A stretch of 32,000 nt of DNA from Xylella taiwanensis. Lineage in GTDB: Bacteria; Pseudomonadota; Gammaproteobacteria; Xanthomonadales; Xanthomonadaceae. How positions within the stretch are numbered: position 1 is the stretch's first letter; each line of letters starts with the position of its first letter. Under the pieces are notes generated by a model. The model saw only the letters and a list, made by a program, of their open reading frames with translations, made no database searches and was not told the origin of the DNA. The stretch lies in assembly GCF_013177435.1 (NCBI RefSeq), contig NZ_CP053627.1, forward strand, positions 2,430,001 through 2,462,000. The letters are read 5' to 3'. Shown here piece by piece: positions 17,831 through 31,100 of this stretch. The position numbers were made by a program, and so were the translations under genes.

Positions 17831-18593
17831 GCTTTAGTTCAGGCCGCACATGCTGTGAACAATAACGGACACGCCAAAACTATATTCGGGGCTTTCTCTA
17901 CCCAACACATGCCACGTACAGCCCTTCCGAGGGATCACTGTCTGCTACATCACTCTACCCATACCCCTCTAGGGAAGAGAAACACAAATCTACAGACACT
18001 TTGAAGACGCATCAAACTTAGTACTTTATCCTAGTCTCGGAAGCATGGAGAACCTTATTTATAATAACGCACTTACTTTTCATTCGAAGAGTTCAAGCGT
18101 ACTTGCTAAACCAAATCAATCAAGATGCTGATCAACAACGCTGGAATCTGATTAAATTACCAACAAAACAGTAACACGAGATCATTGATACCAACCTCAA
18201 CTTGGTATTCAACGTCAATCGCCCAGGGCTAGAGAACATTTGAGAAGCGACCGCCATTCCTCAAAGATTAAGATCGCCGCAATACATCTGAAGATGCGGT
18301 ATGTACGGACCAACTACACTGTTGCTAAAGCGGATATGCGCGATTCACTAATTTCACACTCATCCCAAATCTCCCCATTTAGCATGAACCTCAATAACAT
18401 CTCGCTTCACGAAGCGATCACCACCATTACGTATAGCAACATTAAAAAAGCACGCGACACGATCATCACCAACATCGAAACAATACATCTTTAACTCTCA
18501 AAAGAAATCATCTACGCAATGACATTTTTGATAGACAAGTAAGCAACACAGATCATAAACGTCATCCTTAAATCCACACATTACTTTTATTAA
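17831..18593 (+). pseudogene. Full-length relic of a short-chain dehydrogenase/reductase gene (FabG / acetoacetyl-CoA reductase PhaB type), disrupted by stops and frameshifts
   Basis: SDR landmarks occur in order over about 254 codons. ALVQAAH (17831-17851) corresponds to ALVTGAS. MLINNAGI then TGA (18125-18151) corresponds to LVNNAGI. EIIDTNLNLVFNVNRPGLENI (18178-18240, a different frame) corresponds to AVIDTNLTSLFNVTKQVIDGM. RTNYTVAKAD (TNYTVAKA at 18309-18332, a third frame) corresponds to QTNYSAAKAG, the catalytic Y-x3-K. MNLNNISLHEAITT corresponds to VTVNTVSPGYIATD. KEIIYAMTFLIDK-stop-ATQIIN corresponds to PEEIA..VAFL.SDEA.YITG. I see at least two frameshifts and three in-frame stops. 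Confidence 0.65.
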
Positions 18594-19083
18594 CCGTGTG
18601 CACAATCACCAAATATACAGTATCGCTCTCATCTCTGACGTGTTACACAACTAGAATCCAATAGTACTCACCCCACACAACATTTACTGCCATTACACCA
18701 ATTACAAGCGCTGCTGTGTTGCACACACTGCTATTACAATCAAAGTATTGATCGCTCCACGATTGTACTTCGTATTATCAAGAAATATCCCAACCGCCAC
18801 CTCTACAATACTTATATCCCCCAAACACACCATAAAGGCAAAGATCTCAAGATACACGATGCCGAAACAGGAGAGTAACCTAACCCCCTTGTTATTGCTA
18901 TAAATTATCTCAAGTTAGGAACAGGAGATCACGAACAAATGGTCTCGATTCAAGCACTAAACCGTCACAAAACAAGTAGTCTATTCGGTCAAAATCTGGG
19001 GACAGCAATCAACCAACTTATCGAATGCAATCCTTGAATTATCACGGTAATCGGTAATAACGCACTACGATTTTTGAAATAAC

Positions 19084-19116
19084 AACGGCGAACCGAGGTT
19101 CAACCGGCCCGCCGTT
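19084..19116 (-). terminator. Likely Rho-independent terminator ending the rpsL-rpsG-fusA-tuf operon
   Basis: Outer stem AACGGCG / CGCCGTT with an inner CCG/CGG pairing, 45 nt after the tuf stop. On the minus strand it is followed by GTTATTTC. Confidence 0.5.
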
Positions 19117-19160
19117 TGCACGAATCCAACGACCTCGACCGCCGGATTACAAAGCACTGG

Positions 19161-20351
19161 TTAACTAATAACCTTCGAAACTACTCCAGCTCCCACTGTG
19201 CGTCCACCCTCACGGATCGCAAAGCGCTGCCCCTCACCCATTGCCACGGGATTAATCAGCGACACCGTTATCTTCACATTATCTCCAGGCATCACCATCT
19301 CCACTCCCTCAGGTAAACACACCTTACCGGTGATGTCTGTTGTACGCATGTAAAACTGCGGCGTGTATCCATTGAAAAACGGAGTGTGGCGACCGCCTTC
19401 CTCTTTCGACAGCACATACACCTCAGCCTCAAATTCCTTATGCGCCTTGATCGAACCCGGCTTCGCCAATACCTGACCACGTTCCACCTCATCGCGCTTA
19501 GTACCGCGCAACAAAAGACCCGCATTGTCCCCAGCCTGACCTTGATCCAACAACTTACGGAACATCTCCACACCCGTCACAGTCGTCTTGGACGTCGGAC
19601 GAATACCAACAATTTCTACTTCATCACCTACCTTAATCACACCGCATTCAACACGACCAGTCGCCACCGTGCCACGACCAGAAATCGAAAACACATCTTC
19701 CACAGGCATTAAAAACGGACGATCAATCGCACGCTCCGGCTCTGGAATGTAGCTGTCCAATGCCTCCACCAGTCGAATAATCGCCGGCACACCAATCTCC
19801 GACTGATCCCCTTCCAGGGCCTTCAATGCCGAACCCTTCACGATCGGGGTGTCGTCACCAGGAAAATCGTATTTACTCAACAACTCACGCACCTCCATCT
19901 CCACCAGCTCAAGCAACTCGGCATCGTCCACCATGTCAGCCTTGTTCAAGAACACAACAATGTAAGGTACGCCAACCTGGCGAGCCAGCAAAATATGCTC
20001 GCGAGTCTGCGGCATCGGACCATCAGCAGCCGAACATACTAAAATCGCGCCATCCATCTGCGCAGCACCCGTAATCATGTTCTTCACATAATCAGCATGA
20101 CCCGGACAGTCCACATGGGCATAGTGGCGGGTTTCACTTTCATACTCAACGTGAGCCGTAGAAATCGTAATCCCACGCGCCTTCTCTTCAGGTGCAGCAT
20201 CAATCGCATCGTATGCCTTGAACTCGCCACCAAAACGCTCAGCACCCACCTTAGTCAGCGCCGCTGTCAGCGTAGTCTTGCCGTGGTCAACGTGACCAAT
20301 CGTACCAACATTTACGTGAAACTTGGTGCGTTTGAACTTATCCTGAGCCAT
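19161..20351 (-). CDS. tuf: Translation elongation factor Tu
   Basis: 396 aa, full length, with [18 protein letters not shown] and NKADMV, and unmistakable EF-Tu identity throughout. Confidence 0.98.
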   Translation of the reverse strand: MAQDKFKRTKFHVNVGTIGHVDHGKTTLTAALTKVGAERFGGEFKAYDAIDAAPEEKARGITISTAHVEYESETRHYAHVDCPGHADYVKNMITGAAQMDGAILVCSAADGPMPQTREHILLARQVGVPYIVVFLNKADMVDDAELLELVEMEVRELLSKYDFPGDDTPIVKGSALKALEGDQSEIGVPAIIRLVEALDSYIPEPERAIDRPFLMPVEDVFSISGRGTVATGRVECGVIKVGDEVEIVGIRPTSKTTVTGVEMFRKLLDQGQAGDNAGLLLRGTKRDEVERGQVLAKPGSIKAHKEFEAEVYVLSKEEGGRHTPFFNGYTPQFYMRTTDITGKVCLPEGVEMVMPGDNVKITVSLINPVAMGEGQRFAIREGGRTVGAGVVSKVIS

Positions 20352-20458
20352 AGAATTGGAAACCTCTTCTGCTAAATTTATACTCGATTTTTAATAACAC
20401 AGCGCCCAGCACAAGAGCCGTTGTTTATGGCCTTACGCAAGCTGGCAAACGCTACCGT

Positions 20459-22576
20459 TTAAGTTCTCTTGATGACAGTATCGGCAATGTTGGTCGGTGC
20501 CTCTTCATAATGGTCGAATTCCATCGCAAAAGTAGCGCGTCCTTGCGTCATCGAACGCAACGAGGTGGCATAGCCGAACATCTCACCCAAAGGAATCATC
20601 GCTTTGATAACCTTGCCAGACAGACTATCATCTTGCCCTTGCAACACACCACGACGACGACTTACATCACCCATGATATCGCCCAAATAATCCTCAGGAC
20701 TGACTATTTCAACCTTCATGATCGGCTCGAGTAGCACAGGACTAGCCTTAGCAAAGCCCTGTTTGAACGCCATTGATGCAGCAAGCTTGAACGCCATTTC
20801 TGAAGAATCAACATCGTGGTATGAACCGAAAACTAGCTTAACTTTCACATCGACAACCGGGAACCCAGCTAGCGGACCACTGGTAATCGTTTCGCGCAGC
20901 CCCTTCTCAACCGATGGGATAAATTCTTTAGGGATAACGCCACCAGTGATTTCGTTGACGAACAAAAAATCATCCTTCACATCTGAATGCTGTTTGTCAA
21001 CATCGTTCATTGGTGAAATCTCAATCACTACATGACCATATTGACCTTTACCACCAGACTGTTTGACGTGTTTATAGTCTGACTTCACGTCACTTTTACG
21101 AATCGTCTCACGATAGGCTACTTGCGGCTTACCAACATTGGCCTCGACATTAAATTCACGACGCATACGGTCGACAATAATGTCCAGATGTAGCTCTCCC
21201 ATACCTGAAATAATGGTTTGACCTGACTCCTCATCAGTCTTGACACGGAACGAAGGATCTTCCTGCGCAAGACGCCCCAGAGCCATTCCCATTTTTTCCT
21301 GATCGGATTTAGTCTTCGGCTCAACCGCCATTGAAATCACAGGTTCAGGGAAAGTCATACGCTCTAGAGTAATAATATGATTTTGGTCACACAAAGTATC
21401 ACCTGTGGTCACATCCTTTAAACCCACCGCAGCAGCGATGTCACCAGCACGGACTTCCTTTATTTCGTCCCGTTGGTTGGAATGCATTTGTAGGATGCGT
21501 CCCACACGCTCCTTTTTTGATTTGACGGAGTTATACACTTGGTCACCGGAATTCAGCACACCTGAGTAAACACGAAAGAATGTGAGTGAACCAACAAATG
21601 GATCAGTCATAATCTTAAACGCTAACGCCGAGAATGGCTCGTTGTCTGAAGCATTACAGCGGCATTCCTTCCCGTCCTCATCGACGCCCTGCACCGGAGG
21701 ACGGTCAGCCGGCGAAGGCAATAGGTGTATGACTCCATCAAGCATGGCTTGCACACCTTTATTTTTGAATGCTGAACCACAAAACACCGGTACAATTTCA
21801 ACTTTCAATGTACGTTCACGCAGACCTGCCAGTATTTCCTGTTCACCCAACTCACCTTCGTTCAGGTACTTATCCATTAACTCTTCAGTCGCTTCTGCAG
21901 CAGCCTCGACCATAAACGCACGTGCTCTAAAAGCCTTATCAGCTAATTCGGTGGGAATATCACGGTATTCAAAGACGGTACCTTGCGACGCAGCATCCCA
22001 ATGGATCGCTTTCATCTTCAACAAGTCAATCACCCCCTCAAAACCATCTTCGGCACCAATAGGTACTTGCATCGGCACAGGGTAAGCACCTAAACGCGCT
22101 TTCAGTTGCTCGACCACTTTGTCAAAGTTAGCACCGGTACGATCCATCTTATTGACGAAAGCCATACGTGGCACAAAATACTTGTTAGCCTGACGCCACA
22201 CTGTCTCAGATTGCGGTTGCACACCGCCGACTGCACACAGTACGAATACTGCGCCATCAAGCACACGCAGGGAACGCTCCACTTCTATGGTGAAGTCCAC
22301 GTGTCCCGGGGTATCAATGATGTTAAAGCGGTGCTGCGGCATAGACTTATCCATACCGGACCAGAAGACAGTGGTGGCAGCGGAAGTGATAGTGATGCCA
22401 CGCTCTTGCTCCTGCTCCATCCAATCCATCACCGCAGCACCATCATGAACTTCACCCATCTGATGGCAGACACCAGCATAGAAGAGGATGCGCTCGGAGG
22501 TAGTGGTCTTACCAGCATCAATATGAGCCATGATGCCGATGTTACGATAACGGTGAATGGGAGTGGCACGAACCAC
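20459..22576 (-). CDS. fusA: Translation elongation factor G
   Basis: 705 aa with [18 protein letters not shown] and NKMDR, and domains II to V recognisable. It sits in the canonical position between rpsG and tuf. Confidence 0.98.
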   Translation of the reverse strand: MVRATPIHRYRNIGIMAHIDAGKTTTSERILFYAGVCHQMGEVHDGAAVMDWMEQEQERGITITSAATTVFWSGMDKSMPQHRFNIIDTPGHVDFTIEVERSLRVLDGAVFVLCAVGGVQPQSETVWRQANKYFVPRMAFVNKMDRTGANFDKVVEQLKARLGAYPVPMQVPIGAEDGFEGVIDLLKMKAIHWDAASQGTVFEYRDIPTELADKAFRARAFMVEAAAEATEELMDKYLNEGELGEQEILAGLRERTLKVEIVPVFCGSAFKNKGVQAMLDGVIHLLPSPADRPPVQGVDEDGKECRCNASDNEPFSALAFKIMTDPFVGSLTFFRVYSGVLNSGDQVYNSVKSKKERVGRILQMHSNQRDEIKEVRAGDIAAAVGLKDVTTGDTLCDQNHIITLERMTFPEPVISMAVEPKTKSDQEKMGMALGRLAQEDPSFRVKTDEESGQTIISGMGELHLDIIVDRMRREFNVEANVGKPQVAYRETIRKSDVKSDYKHVKQSGGKGQYGHVVIEISPMNDVDKQHSDVKDDFLFVNEITGGVIPKEFIPSVEKGLRETITSGPLAGFPVVDVKVKLVFGSYHDVDSSEMAFKLAASMAFKQGFAKASPVLLEPIMKVEIVSPEDYLGDIMGDVSRRRGVLQGQDDSLSGKVIKAMIPLGEMFGYATSLRSMTQGRATFAMEFDHYEEAPTNIADTVIKRT

Positions 22577-22714
22577 GGGAACCTCTCAATTCCTCAAATT
22601 TCAAATGGCCAAACACCGCTTTCCAGCGGCCTTCGGATCGGGAACAGCACTGCTACGAGTAGCCAGGAGTATTCATGGAGTGCAAAGAAAACTCTTTACT
22701 CAAGAGTCCATAAA

Positions 22715-23182
22715 TCACCAGCGGTAGTGGGCAAACGCTTTATTCGCTTCCGCCATACGATGAGTTTCCTCACGCTTTTTGATGGCACCGCCACGACTCT
22801 CCGAGGCATCAAGCAACTCCGCCGCCAACTTACGTGGCATAGAATTCTCGCCGCGTTTACGTGAGGAATCGATCAACCAACGCATCGCCAACGCCATACG
22901 ACGTGAAGCACGGACTTCCACTGGCACTTGGTAAGTTGCACCACCGACACGGCGCGACTTGACTTCAACAGCAGGCGCTACATTGTCAAGAGCTTTCTGA
23001 AGTAATTCGATAGCATTAGGATTTTTCTGACCAATAACATCCATCGCCCCATAGACGATTTTTTCAGCAACAGACTTCTTGCCACTCTTCATCACCATAT
23101 TGATGAAACGGGCAATAGTTTCACTACCATGCTTTGGGTCTGGCAAAACACTACGCTGCGGAGTAAAACCTTTACGAGACAT
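22715..23182 (-). CDS. rpsG: 30S ribosomal protein S7
   Basis: 155 aa, MSRKG...PDPKHGS...[20 protein letters not shown]...AHYRW. Confidence 0.98.
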   Translation of the reverse strand: MSRKGFTPQRSVLPDPKHGSETIARFINMVMKSGKKSVAEKIVYGAMDVIGQKNPNAIELLQKALDNVAPAVEVKSRRVGGATYQVPVEVRASRRMALAMRWLIDSSRKRGENSMPRKLAAELLDASESRGGAIKKREETHRMAEANKAFAHYRW

Positions 23183-23197
23183 TATTCTCTGACTCCT

Positions 23198-23572
23198 TTA
23201 ACTCTTCGGGCGCTTTGCGCCATACTTCGAACGCCCCTGACGCCGCTTGTTGACGCCAGCAGCATCAAGCGAGCCACGCACGGTATGATATCGCACACCT
23301 GGTAAATCCTTAACACGACCACCACGAATTAAAACTACAGAATGCTCCTGCAAATTGTGACCTTCACCACCAATGTAGCTAATGACCTCTTCCTGATTAG
23401 TTAGCCGTACCTTAGCAACCTTACGTAATGCAGAATTGGGCTTTTTAGGAGTACTAGTGTAGACACGCGTACACACTCCACGACGCTGCGGGCACTTATC
23501 GAGTGCCGGAGAGGCACTCTTGTAAGTGCTCGCTTGCCGCGGCTTGCGAACCAGCTGGTTAATAGTTGCCAT
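23198..23572 (-). CDS. rpsL: 30S ribosomal protein S12
   Basis: 124 aa from the ATG at 23572 ([12 protein letters not shown]...). The conserved [11 protein letters not shown] is present. The upstream extension in the track ORF is not part of S12. Confidence 0.98.
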   Translation of the reverse strand: MATINQLVRKPRQASTYKSASPALDKCPQRRGVCTRVYTSTPKKPNSALRKVAKVRLTNQEEVISYIGGEGHNLQEHSVVLIRGGRVKDLPGVRYHTVRGSLDAAGVNKRRQGRSKYGAKRPKS

Positions 23573-23610
23573 CGTAAATTCTTCTGAATGAAGCACAAGA
23601 GACTGTGCAT

Positions 23611-23644
23611 TAAAAAGGAAAGCAGGGAAGTGAGGCTGCCCTGC
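23611..23644 (-). terminator. Terminator-like hairpin plus T-tract in the rpoC-rpsL spacer (possible partial terminator or attenuator)
   Basis: On the minus strand the stem is GCAGGG-(11 nt)-CCCTGC, followed by TTTCCTTTTTAAT. It lies about 170 nt after the rpoC stop and about 40 nt before the rpsL ATG. Confidence 0.4.
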
Positions 23645-23816
23645 CGTTAACCGAACCAGCGTAATTGACAAACAAGAAAAATGTCAACGAAGCACTAAAC
23701 TCCGATCTACTAACCATGACCAACAAAGGAAACCATCGCATAAATATCATTATGATCGATGCCTTTTCCCAGTTAGCAGTCAACAGAGTTTATGCCTACA
23801 CTAATCCCTAGGAACT

Positions 23817-26800
23817 TTACCCCCCAAGAGAAACCGCATCTTTGGTGTGCGAAGAAATATCTGCACCAGAAAAGGCGCTACGACCAAGCAAAGCTTCCAT
23901 TTCAGACTCAGTAAGACCAACCGCACTATAGCGACGATGGCTATGATAAGCCTGACCAGTGCCCGCTGGGATAAGGCGACCAACGATGACATTTTCCTTC
24001 AAACCACGCAAATTATCCCTGGTTCCTCGCACTGCTGCCTCGGTTAAGACACGGGTAGTCTCCTGAAAAGAGGCCGCCGAGATGAACGATTCAGTTGCCA
24101 AAGAAGCTTTAGTAATACCTAGCAACACTGGATTGTACTTTGCTGGCAACTCATTGCGCGCAATCAACTTCGTATTTTCCTCGATAACACGCTGACGTTC
24201 AACCTGTTCACCATTAAGGAACTTACTGTTCCCCTGGTCAACAATCTCAACTTTACGCAACATTTGGCGTGTGATCACCTCAATATGTTTGTCATTGATC
24301 TTCACACCTTGCAAACGATACACGTCCTGTATTTCTTTCACCAAGTAGGCAGCTAACGGTTCAATACCCAGTAAACGCAAAATATCCTGTGGACTCGGCT
24401 CACCATCCACAATGGTCTCACCTTTAGTGACATGCTCTCCTTCAAACACAATAATTTGACGGTACTTAGGAATCAGTTCCTCGTGTTCACTGCCATCAGC
24501 ATCTTTGATAATCAAGCGCTGCTTACCTTTGGTGTCTTTACCAAAGCTTATTACCCCCGAACGCTCAGCTAAAATGGCGGAATCTTTCGGCCTACGCGCT
24601 TCGAACAGATCCGCCACTCGGGGTAGACCACCAGTGATGTCACGGGTTTTGGAAGCTTCCTGTGGAATTTTAGCCACCACATCACCAATACCAACTGACG
24701 CACCATCCTGAAGATTAACAATAGAGCGCGGCGGCAACAAATACTGAGCTGAAAGATCAGTACCGGGGATGGTCAGATCGTTTCCCTTTTTATCAACGAT
24801 ACGCACTAAAGGACGGAGATCTTTACCCTGAGAACCACGGCGCTTCGGATCAGTAATCTCACGCGAAGATAAACCCGTCAGATCATCAGTTTTCTCAATG
24901 ACAGTAACGCCATCAACGAAGTCGACAAAACGGATAAAGCCAGCAACTTCAGAAACTATCGGGTGGTTATGCGGATCCCAATTTGCCAAGGTCTGTCCCG
25001 ATTTGACTTCAGCCATATCCTTGACATTGATAGTCGCGCCGTAAGGCAATTTGTAGCGCTCACGTTCACGCCCATGGGTATCCAGGACAGAAATTTCCCC
25101 CGAGCGAGATACTGCCACCAAAGTACCATTAGCATGCTCAACATACTTGAGGTTAGTAAATTTTACCGAACCGCTAGTTTTAACAGTGATGTTATCTACC
25201 GCCGCTGCGCTCAAGGCAGTACCACCGATATGGAAGGTGCGCATCGTCAACTGGGTACCTGGTTCACCAATCGACTGCGCGGCAATGACACCTACTGCCT
25301 CACCTATATTAACCAAGTGGCCACGCGCCAAATCTCGACCATAACATAACGAACATACACCAAATGGAGATTCACATGTTATAGGAGAACGAACCTTCAC
25401 AGATTGCACACCAGCCTCTTCCAACTTATTTACCCATTGCTCATCGAGCAAGGTACTACGAGTGACAATCGGCTCATCGTCGTTTCCAGGAAGAAATACA
25501 TCCTCAGCAACGACACGTCCCAACACGCGATCTTTAAGTGGCTCAACAACGTCTCCACCTTCAACAATCGGAGTCATAGTTAAGCCGTTAGCAGTACCGC
25601 AGTTCAGCTGCACAACACATAAATCTTGAGTCACATCGACCAAACGGCGGGTCAAGTAACCAGAATTCGCAGTCTTCAATGCGGTATCTGCCAAACCTTT
25701 ACGAGCACCATGTGTGGAATTGAAATATTCCTGCACACTCAAACCTTCACGAAAGTTAGCTTTAATCGGTGTCTCAATGATCGAGCCATCAGGACGGGCC
25801 ATTAAACCACGCATACCAGCCAATTGACGAATCTGCGCTTGGCTACCACGTGCCCCAGAATCAGCCATGATATACAGTGAATTCATTGATTTCTGATCAA
25901 CGATTTCACCCTCGGCGTTAACCACTTTCTCAGTGCCGATAGTATCCATCATCGCCTTGGCAATGCGCTCGTTAGTACGCGACCAAATATCAACCACCTT
26001 GTTATACCGCTCACCAGCGGTAACTAACCCAGATTGATACTGCTCCTGAATCTCAAGCACCTCCTGCTCAGCCTCACCCAATATTTCTTTCTTTTCGATA
26101 GGAATCAGCATGTCATCTATGCCTATCGACACACCGGCACGAGTAGCATAAGCATAACCCGTGTACATTAATTTATCTGCAAATACAACCGTATCTTTCA
26201 AGCCAAGCATGCGATAACTGGAATTGATCAACCTCGAAATGTTCTTTTTAGTCATTTCGGTATTGACCAACACAAACGGCAAACCTTCCGGAAGAATCTC
26301 ACTCAGTAATGCCCGCCCTACCGTAGTATCTAAAATCGCAACTCTCTTGGTACGCAGCCCTTGATCATCAATCTCTATCTCAGTGATGCGGACCTTCACC
26401 TTAGCGTGTAATTCGACAACACGATTGTCGTAAGCACGTTTCAGCTCGCTCGTATTGGCGAATACCATGCCTTCGCCTTTCTTATTCTCCAGAGCACGAC
26501 TCATGTAGTATAAGCCCAGCACCACATCCTGTGACGGTACGATGATAGGCTCACCATTAGCTGGAGACAGTATGTTGTTGGTGGACATCATCAACGCACG
26601 TGCTTCAAGTTGAGCTTCAAGCGAAAGCGGTACATGTACAGCCATCTGATCACCATCGAAATCAGCATTAAATGCTGTACAAACCAACGGATGTAGTTGA
26701 ATCGCCTTACCTTCGATTAAAACTGGCTCGAATGCTTGAATACCCTGACGATGCAGAGTTGGCGCACGATTCAATACCACCGGATGCTCACAAATAACTT

Positions 26801-28040
26801 CCTCAAGAATATCCCATACCTCGGCCTCTTCACGCTCAACCAGCTTCTTAGCAGCCTTAATCGTAGTAGCCAAGCCGCGACGCTGCAGCTTAGCGAACAC
26901 AAAAGGCTTAAATAGCTCAAGCGCCATTTTTTTCGGCAAGCCGCACTGGTGCAGCCGAAGGTGCGGACCTACGATAATAACTGAACGAGCAGAGTAATCC
27001 ACACGCTTTCCAAGCAAATTTTGGCGGAAACGCCCCTGCTTGCCCTTGATCATGTCCGCTAGCGACTTTAACGGACGCTTATTAGTACCAGTAATAGCAC
27101 GTCCACGACGACCATTATCCAGCAACGCGTCAACTGATTCTTGCAACATGCGCTTCTCGTTGCGTACGATAATGTCAGGAGCGCTTAACTCCAACAAGCG
27201 GCATAGACGGTTGTTACGGTTAATAACACGACGGTACAGGTCGTTCAGATCAGAGGTTGCGAAACGGCCGCCGTCCAACGGTACTAATGGACGCAAGTCT
27301 GGAGGCAGTACAGGTAATACTGTCAAAATCATCCATTCTGGGCGATTACCAGATTCGATGAACGCCTCAATCAGCTTAATACGTTTAGTTAGACGTTTTA
27401 GCTTAGTTTCAGAACCGGTGACAACAATTTCCTCACGCAAACGGGCCATCTCGGATTGCAAATCGATCATCCGCAACAGCTCATACACAGCCTCGGCTCC
27501 CATAGAAGCATCGAAGTCGTCACCATGCTCTTGACGGGCTTGTAAATACTGCTCTTCGGTTAGCAACTGACGCCGCTCTAAGGGAGTCAAACCCGGCTCA
27601 GTTACTACATAGGCTTCGAAGTACAACACACGCTCGATATCACGCAAAGTCATGTCCAGCATCAGCCCAATGCGTGAAGGTAACGACTTTAAAAACCAAA
27701 TATGGGCAACAGGTGAAGCCAATTCAATACAACCCATACGCTCACGACGCACTTTAGCCAAAGTCACCTCGGTGCCACATTTTTCACAAACCACACCTCG
27801 ATGCTTCATGCGTTTATATTTGCCGCACAAACATTCATAGTCCTTGATAGGACCAAAGATCGCAGCACAAAACAAACCATCACGCTCAGGCTTGAAAGTG
27901 CGATAGTTGATGGTTTCCGGCTTCTTAACTTCACCAAACGACCAAGATCGAATCAAGGCAGGCGAAGCAAGGCCAATTTTGATTGCATCGAAATCCAATG
28001 TCTGGCGCTGTTGGTTAAAGAGATTGAGTAGATCTTTCAT
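23817..28040 (-). CDS. rpoC: DNA-directed RNA polymerase subunit beta'
   Basis: 1407 aa. The Zn-finger region [20 protein letters not shown], the catalytic NADFDGD, and the bridge helix and trigger loop regions are all recognisable. Confidence 0.99.
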   Translation of the reverse strand: MKDLLNLFNQQRQTLDFDAIKIGLASPALIRSWSFGEVKKPETINYRTFKPERDGLFCAAIFGPIKDYECLCGKYKRMKHRGVVCEKCGTEVTLAKVRRERMGCIELASPVAHIWFLKSLPSRIGLMLDMTLRDIERVLYFEAYVVTEPGLTPLERRQLLTEEQYLQARQEHGDDFDASMGAEAVYELLRMIDLQSEMARLREEIVVTGSETKLKRLTKRIKLIEAFIESGNRPEWMILTVLPVLPPDLRPLVPLDGGRFATSDLNDLYRRVINRNNRLCRLLELSAPDIIVRNEKRMLQESVDALLDNGRRGRAITGTNKRPLKSLADMIKGKQGRFRQNLLGKRVDYSARSVIIVGPHLRLHQCGLPKKMALELFKPFVFAKLQRRGLATTIKAAKKLVEREEAEVWDILEEVICEHPVVLNRAPTLHRQGIQAFEPVLIEGKAIQLHPLVCTAFNADFDGDQMAVHVPLSLEAQLEARALMMSTNNILSPANGEPIIVPSQDVVLGLYYMSRALENKKGEGMVFANTSELKRAYDNRVVELHAKVKVRITEIEIDDQGLRTKRVAILDTTVGRALLSEILPEGLPFVLVNTEMTKKNISRLINSSYRMLGLKDTVVFADKLMYTGYAYATRAGVSIGIDDMLIPIEKKEILGEAEQEVLEIQEQYQSGLVTAGERYNKVVDIWSRTNERIAKAMMDTIGTEKVVNAEGEIVDQKSMNSLYIMADSGARGSQAQIRQLAGMRGLMARPDGSIIETPIKANFREGLSVQEYFNSTHGARKGLADTALKTANSGYLTRRLVDVTQDLCVVQLNCGTANGLTMTPIVEGGDVVEPLKDRVLGRVVAEDVFLPGNDDEPIVTRSTLLDEQWVNKLEEAGVQSVKVRSPITCESPFGVCSLCYGRDLARGHLVNIGEAVGVIAAQSIGEPGTQLTMRTFHIGGTALSAAAVDNITVKTSGSVKFTNLKYVEHANGTLVAVSRSGEISVLDTHGRERERYKLPYGATINVKDMAEVKSGQTLANWDPHNHPIVSEVAGFIRFVDFVDGVTVIEKTDDLTGLSSREITDPKRRGSQGKDLRPLVRIVDKKGNDLTIPGTDLSAQYLLPPRSIVNLQDGASVGIGDVVAKIPQEASKTRDITGGLPRVADLFEARRPKDSAILAERSGVISFGKDTKGKQRLIIKDADGSEHEELIPKYRQIIVFEGEHVTKGETIVDGEPSPQDILRLLGIEPLAAYLVKEIQDVYRLQGVKINDKHIEVITRQMLRKVEIVDQGNSKFLNGEQVERQRVIEENTKLIARNELPAKYNPVLLGITKASLATESFISAASFQETTRVLTEAAVRGTRDNLRGLKENVIVGRLIPAGTGQAYHSHRRYSAVGLTESEMEALLGRSAFSGADISSHTKDAVSLGG

Positions 28041-28146
28041 ACTTCTTCTCCGAAATTCGGAATTCAGGCATCAGGATTAGTTGGAAACAAGGGACAATGG
28101 AACTCACGACCTCCAAACCGATCAATGAATCCATAACATCGCATCT

Positions 28147-31100
28147 TTAGTTATCTTCCAGCTCAATATTGATCGCTAAGGAGCGGATTTCCTTCACCAG
28201 GACATTAAAAGACTCGGGCATACCTGCGACCATTTGATGATTGCCATCGACGATGTTCTTGTACATCTGATTCCGCCCCTGGACATCATCAGACTTCACC
28301 GTCAGCATTTCCTGCAGTGTGTAAGCTGCACCATAAGCTTCCAAGGCCCAAACTTCCATCTCACCAAAGCGCTGGCCGCCAAACTGGGCTTTACCACCCA
28401 ACGGCTGCTGAGTAACCAGTGAATAGGGGCCAGTTGAACGGGCGTGCATCTTGTCGTCAACCAAATGGTTCAACTTCAAGTAGTGCATGTAACCAACCGT
28501 AGTCTTGCGATCAAACGGTTCTCCAGTGCGGCCATCGTAGAGTTGGGTCTGACCGCTGGTCGGCAATTCCGCTAGTTCAAGCATACGCTTAATCTCTTGC
28601 TCAGAGGCACCATCGAAAACTGGGCTTGCCATCGGCACACCGTCAGTCAGATTGTTAGCCATGTTCAGCAATTCGTCATCACTGAACTGCGACAGATCTA
28701 CCCGCTGCCCAACCATACTGTGGTCATGATTGTAAATTTCATCAAGAAAACTTCGCAGATCCGCAATAGCGGCTTTGACCTCCAGCATACGCTGGATCCG
28801 ATGTCCCAAACCCTTAGCTGCCCACCCCAAATGCACCTCTAAGATCTGACCAATATTCATACGCGACGGGACGCCTAACGGATTCAATACAATATCCACC
28901 GGTGTTCCATCCTCCATGAATGGCATATCCTCAACTGGTACAACGTTGGAAACCACACCTTTATTGCCGTGACGTCCGGCCATCTTATCACCAGGCTGAA
29001 TACGACGCCTTACAGCCAAAAAAACCTTGACCATCTTCAATACACCGGGCGCCAAGTCGTCACCCTGAGTGATCTTGCTACGCTTGTCCGCAAAACGCTG
29101 ATTAAAATCCTTCTCGTGTGCCTGTATCTGCTTCTGCGCACGCTCGATTGCTTCAACAGCGACCTCATCCTTCATTCGCAACGCAAACCAGTCACTCTTC
29201 TTCAAACCATCGAGATAAGTTTCAGTGATTATCTCGCCTTTTTTAATGTCGACGCCACCGTTAACCACCTTACCTACGATCTGAGAACGCAAACGAGCGT
29301 AAATAGCGCCTTCCAGAATACGAAACTGGTCATCAAAATCCTTCTTGACACGCTTGATTTCATACTCTTCAATCTGATGAGCACGTTTGTCCTTCTCAAT
29401 GCCATCACGGGTAAACACCTGGACATCGATCACAGTACCATCCATGCCCGGTGGCACACGAAGCGAGCTATCCTTCACATCCGAAGCTTTTTCACCAAAG
29501 ATCGCACGCAACAACTTTTCTTCCGGGGTTAGCTGGCTTTCTCCCTTCGGCGTGACCTTACCGACCAGAATATCGCCAGCACGCACCTCGGCACCGATGT
29601 ACACCACACCAGATTCGTCTAGACGATTTAGCGCTTGCTCTGAGACATTAGGGATGTCAGCTGAGATTTCCTCGGACCCCAACTTGGTATCGCGTGCAAT
29701 GCAAGTCAGCTCCTCAATGTGGATTGTAGTGTACCGATCCTCTTCCACCACACGTTCAGAAAGTAGAATAGAGTCTTCGAAGTTGTAGCCATTCCAAGGC
29801 ATAAACGCGATCAGCATGTTTTGTCCGAGCGCCAATTCGCCAATGTCAGTCGATGGGCCATCGGCCAGTACGTCACCAGTGGCAACTATGTCGCCCACGT
29901 TCACAAGCGGACGCTGATTGATACAGGTGTTCTGATTTGAGCGGGTGTATTTAATCAGGCCATAGATGTCAACACCAGCATCAGTGGCACCAACAATCTC
30001 ACATTCGTTGACCTTAACTACGATACGGCCAGCATCGACCTGATCAATTACACCACCCCGGCGGGCATTCACAGTCACGCCCGAATCACGAGCAACGGTA
30101 CGCTCAATACCAGTACCAACCAAAGGTTTTTGCGCACGCAAGGTGGGCACAGCTTGGCGCTGCATGTTCGCCCCCATCAATGCGCGATTTGCATCATCAT
30201 GTTCCAGAAAAGGAACCAAAGCAGCAGCGACTGACACTGTTTGCATCGGCGAAACATCCATGTAATGCACATCCGATGGTGGCTTCAACAGGGACTCCCC
30301 CTGGAAACGACATGGCACAAACGACTCAGTCAATTGCCCATTAACATCAGTCAAGGTGTTAGCCTGGGCAATAACATACTGATTCTCCTCAATAGCCGAC
30401 AAATACTCAACCTCATCGGTGACACAACCGTCAGCAACCTTACGATACGGTGTTTCAAGGAAACCATATTGATTGGTGCGAGCAAACACTGCCAGTGAAT
30501 TTATTAGACCAATATTCGGTCCTTCCGGAGTCTCAATCGTACACAAGCAGCCGTAGTGACTTAAATGCACATCACGCACTTCGAAACCGGCACGCTCACG
30601 CGTTAAACCACCTGGACCCAACGCCGAAAGACGACGCTTGTGAGTCACTTCCGACAAAGGATTATTCTGATCCATGAACTGCGACAGTTGTGATGAACCG
30701 AAGAACTCCTTAATTGCGGCAGCAACTGGTTTGGCATTGATCAACTCCTGCGGAGTGAGCCCCTCGGATTCAGCCATTGACAATCGCTCCTTGACAGCAC
30801 GCTCAACACGTACAAGCCCTACACGGAAGACATTTTCCGCCATCTCACCGACCGAACGCACTCGACGATTACCCAGATGATCAATATCATCCACAACACC
30901 GCGTCCGTTACGGATCTCGCACAATTCCCTAATGACATCAAGTATATCGGAAGTCTCGCCCAGCTTGGAAACCAAGCGCCTGGACTCTTCATCGTTGCGA
31001 TCAGCAAAATACTTTTTATCATAAAGTACAGGCTCGCCGGCAACATCTGTACGACCAACACGACGATTGAACTTCATGCGCCCAACCATGGACAAGTCGT

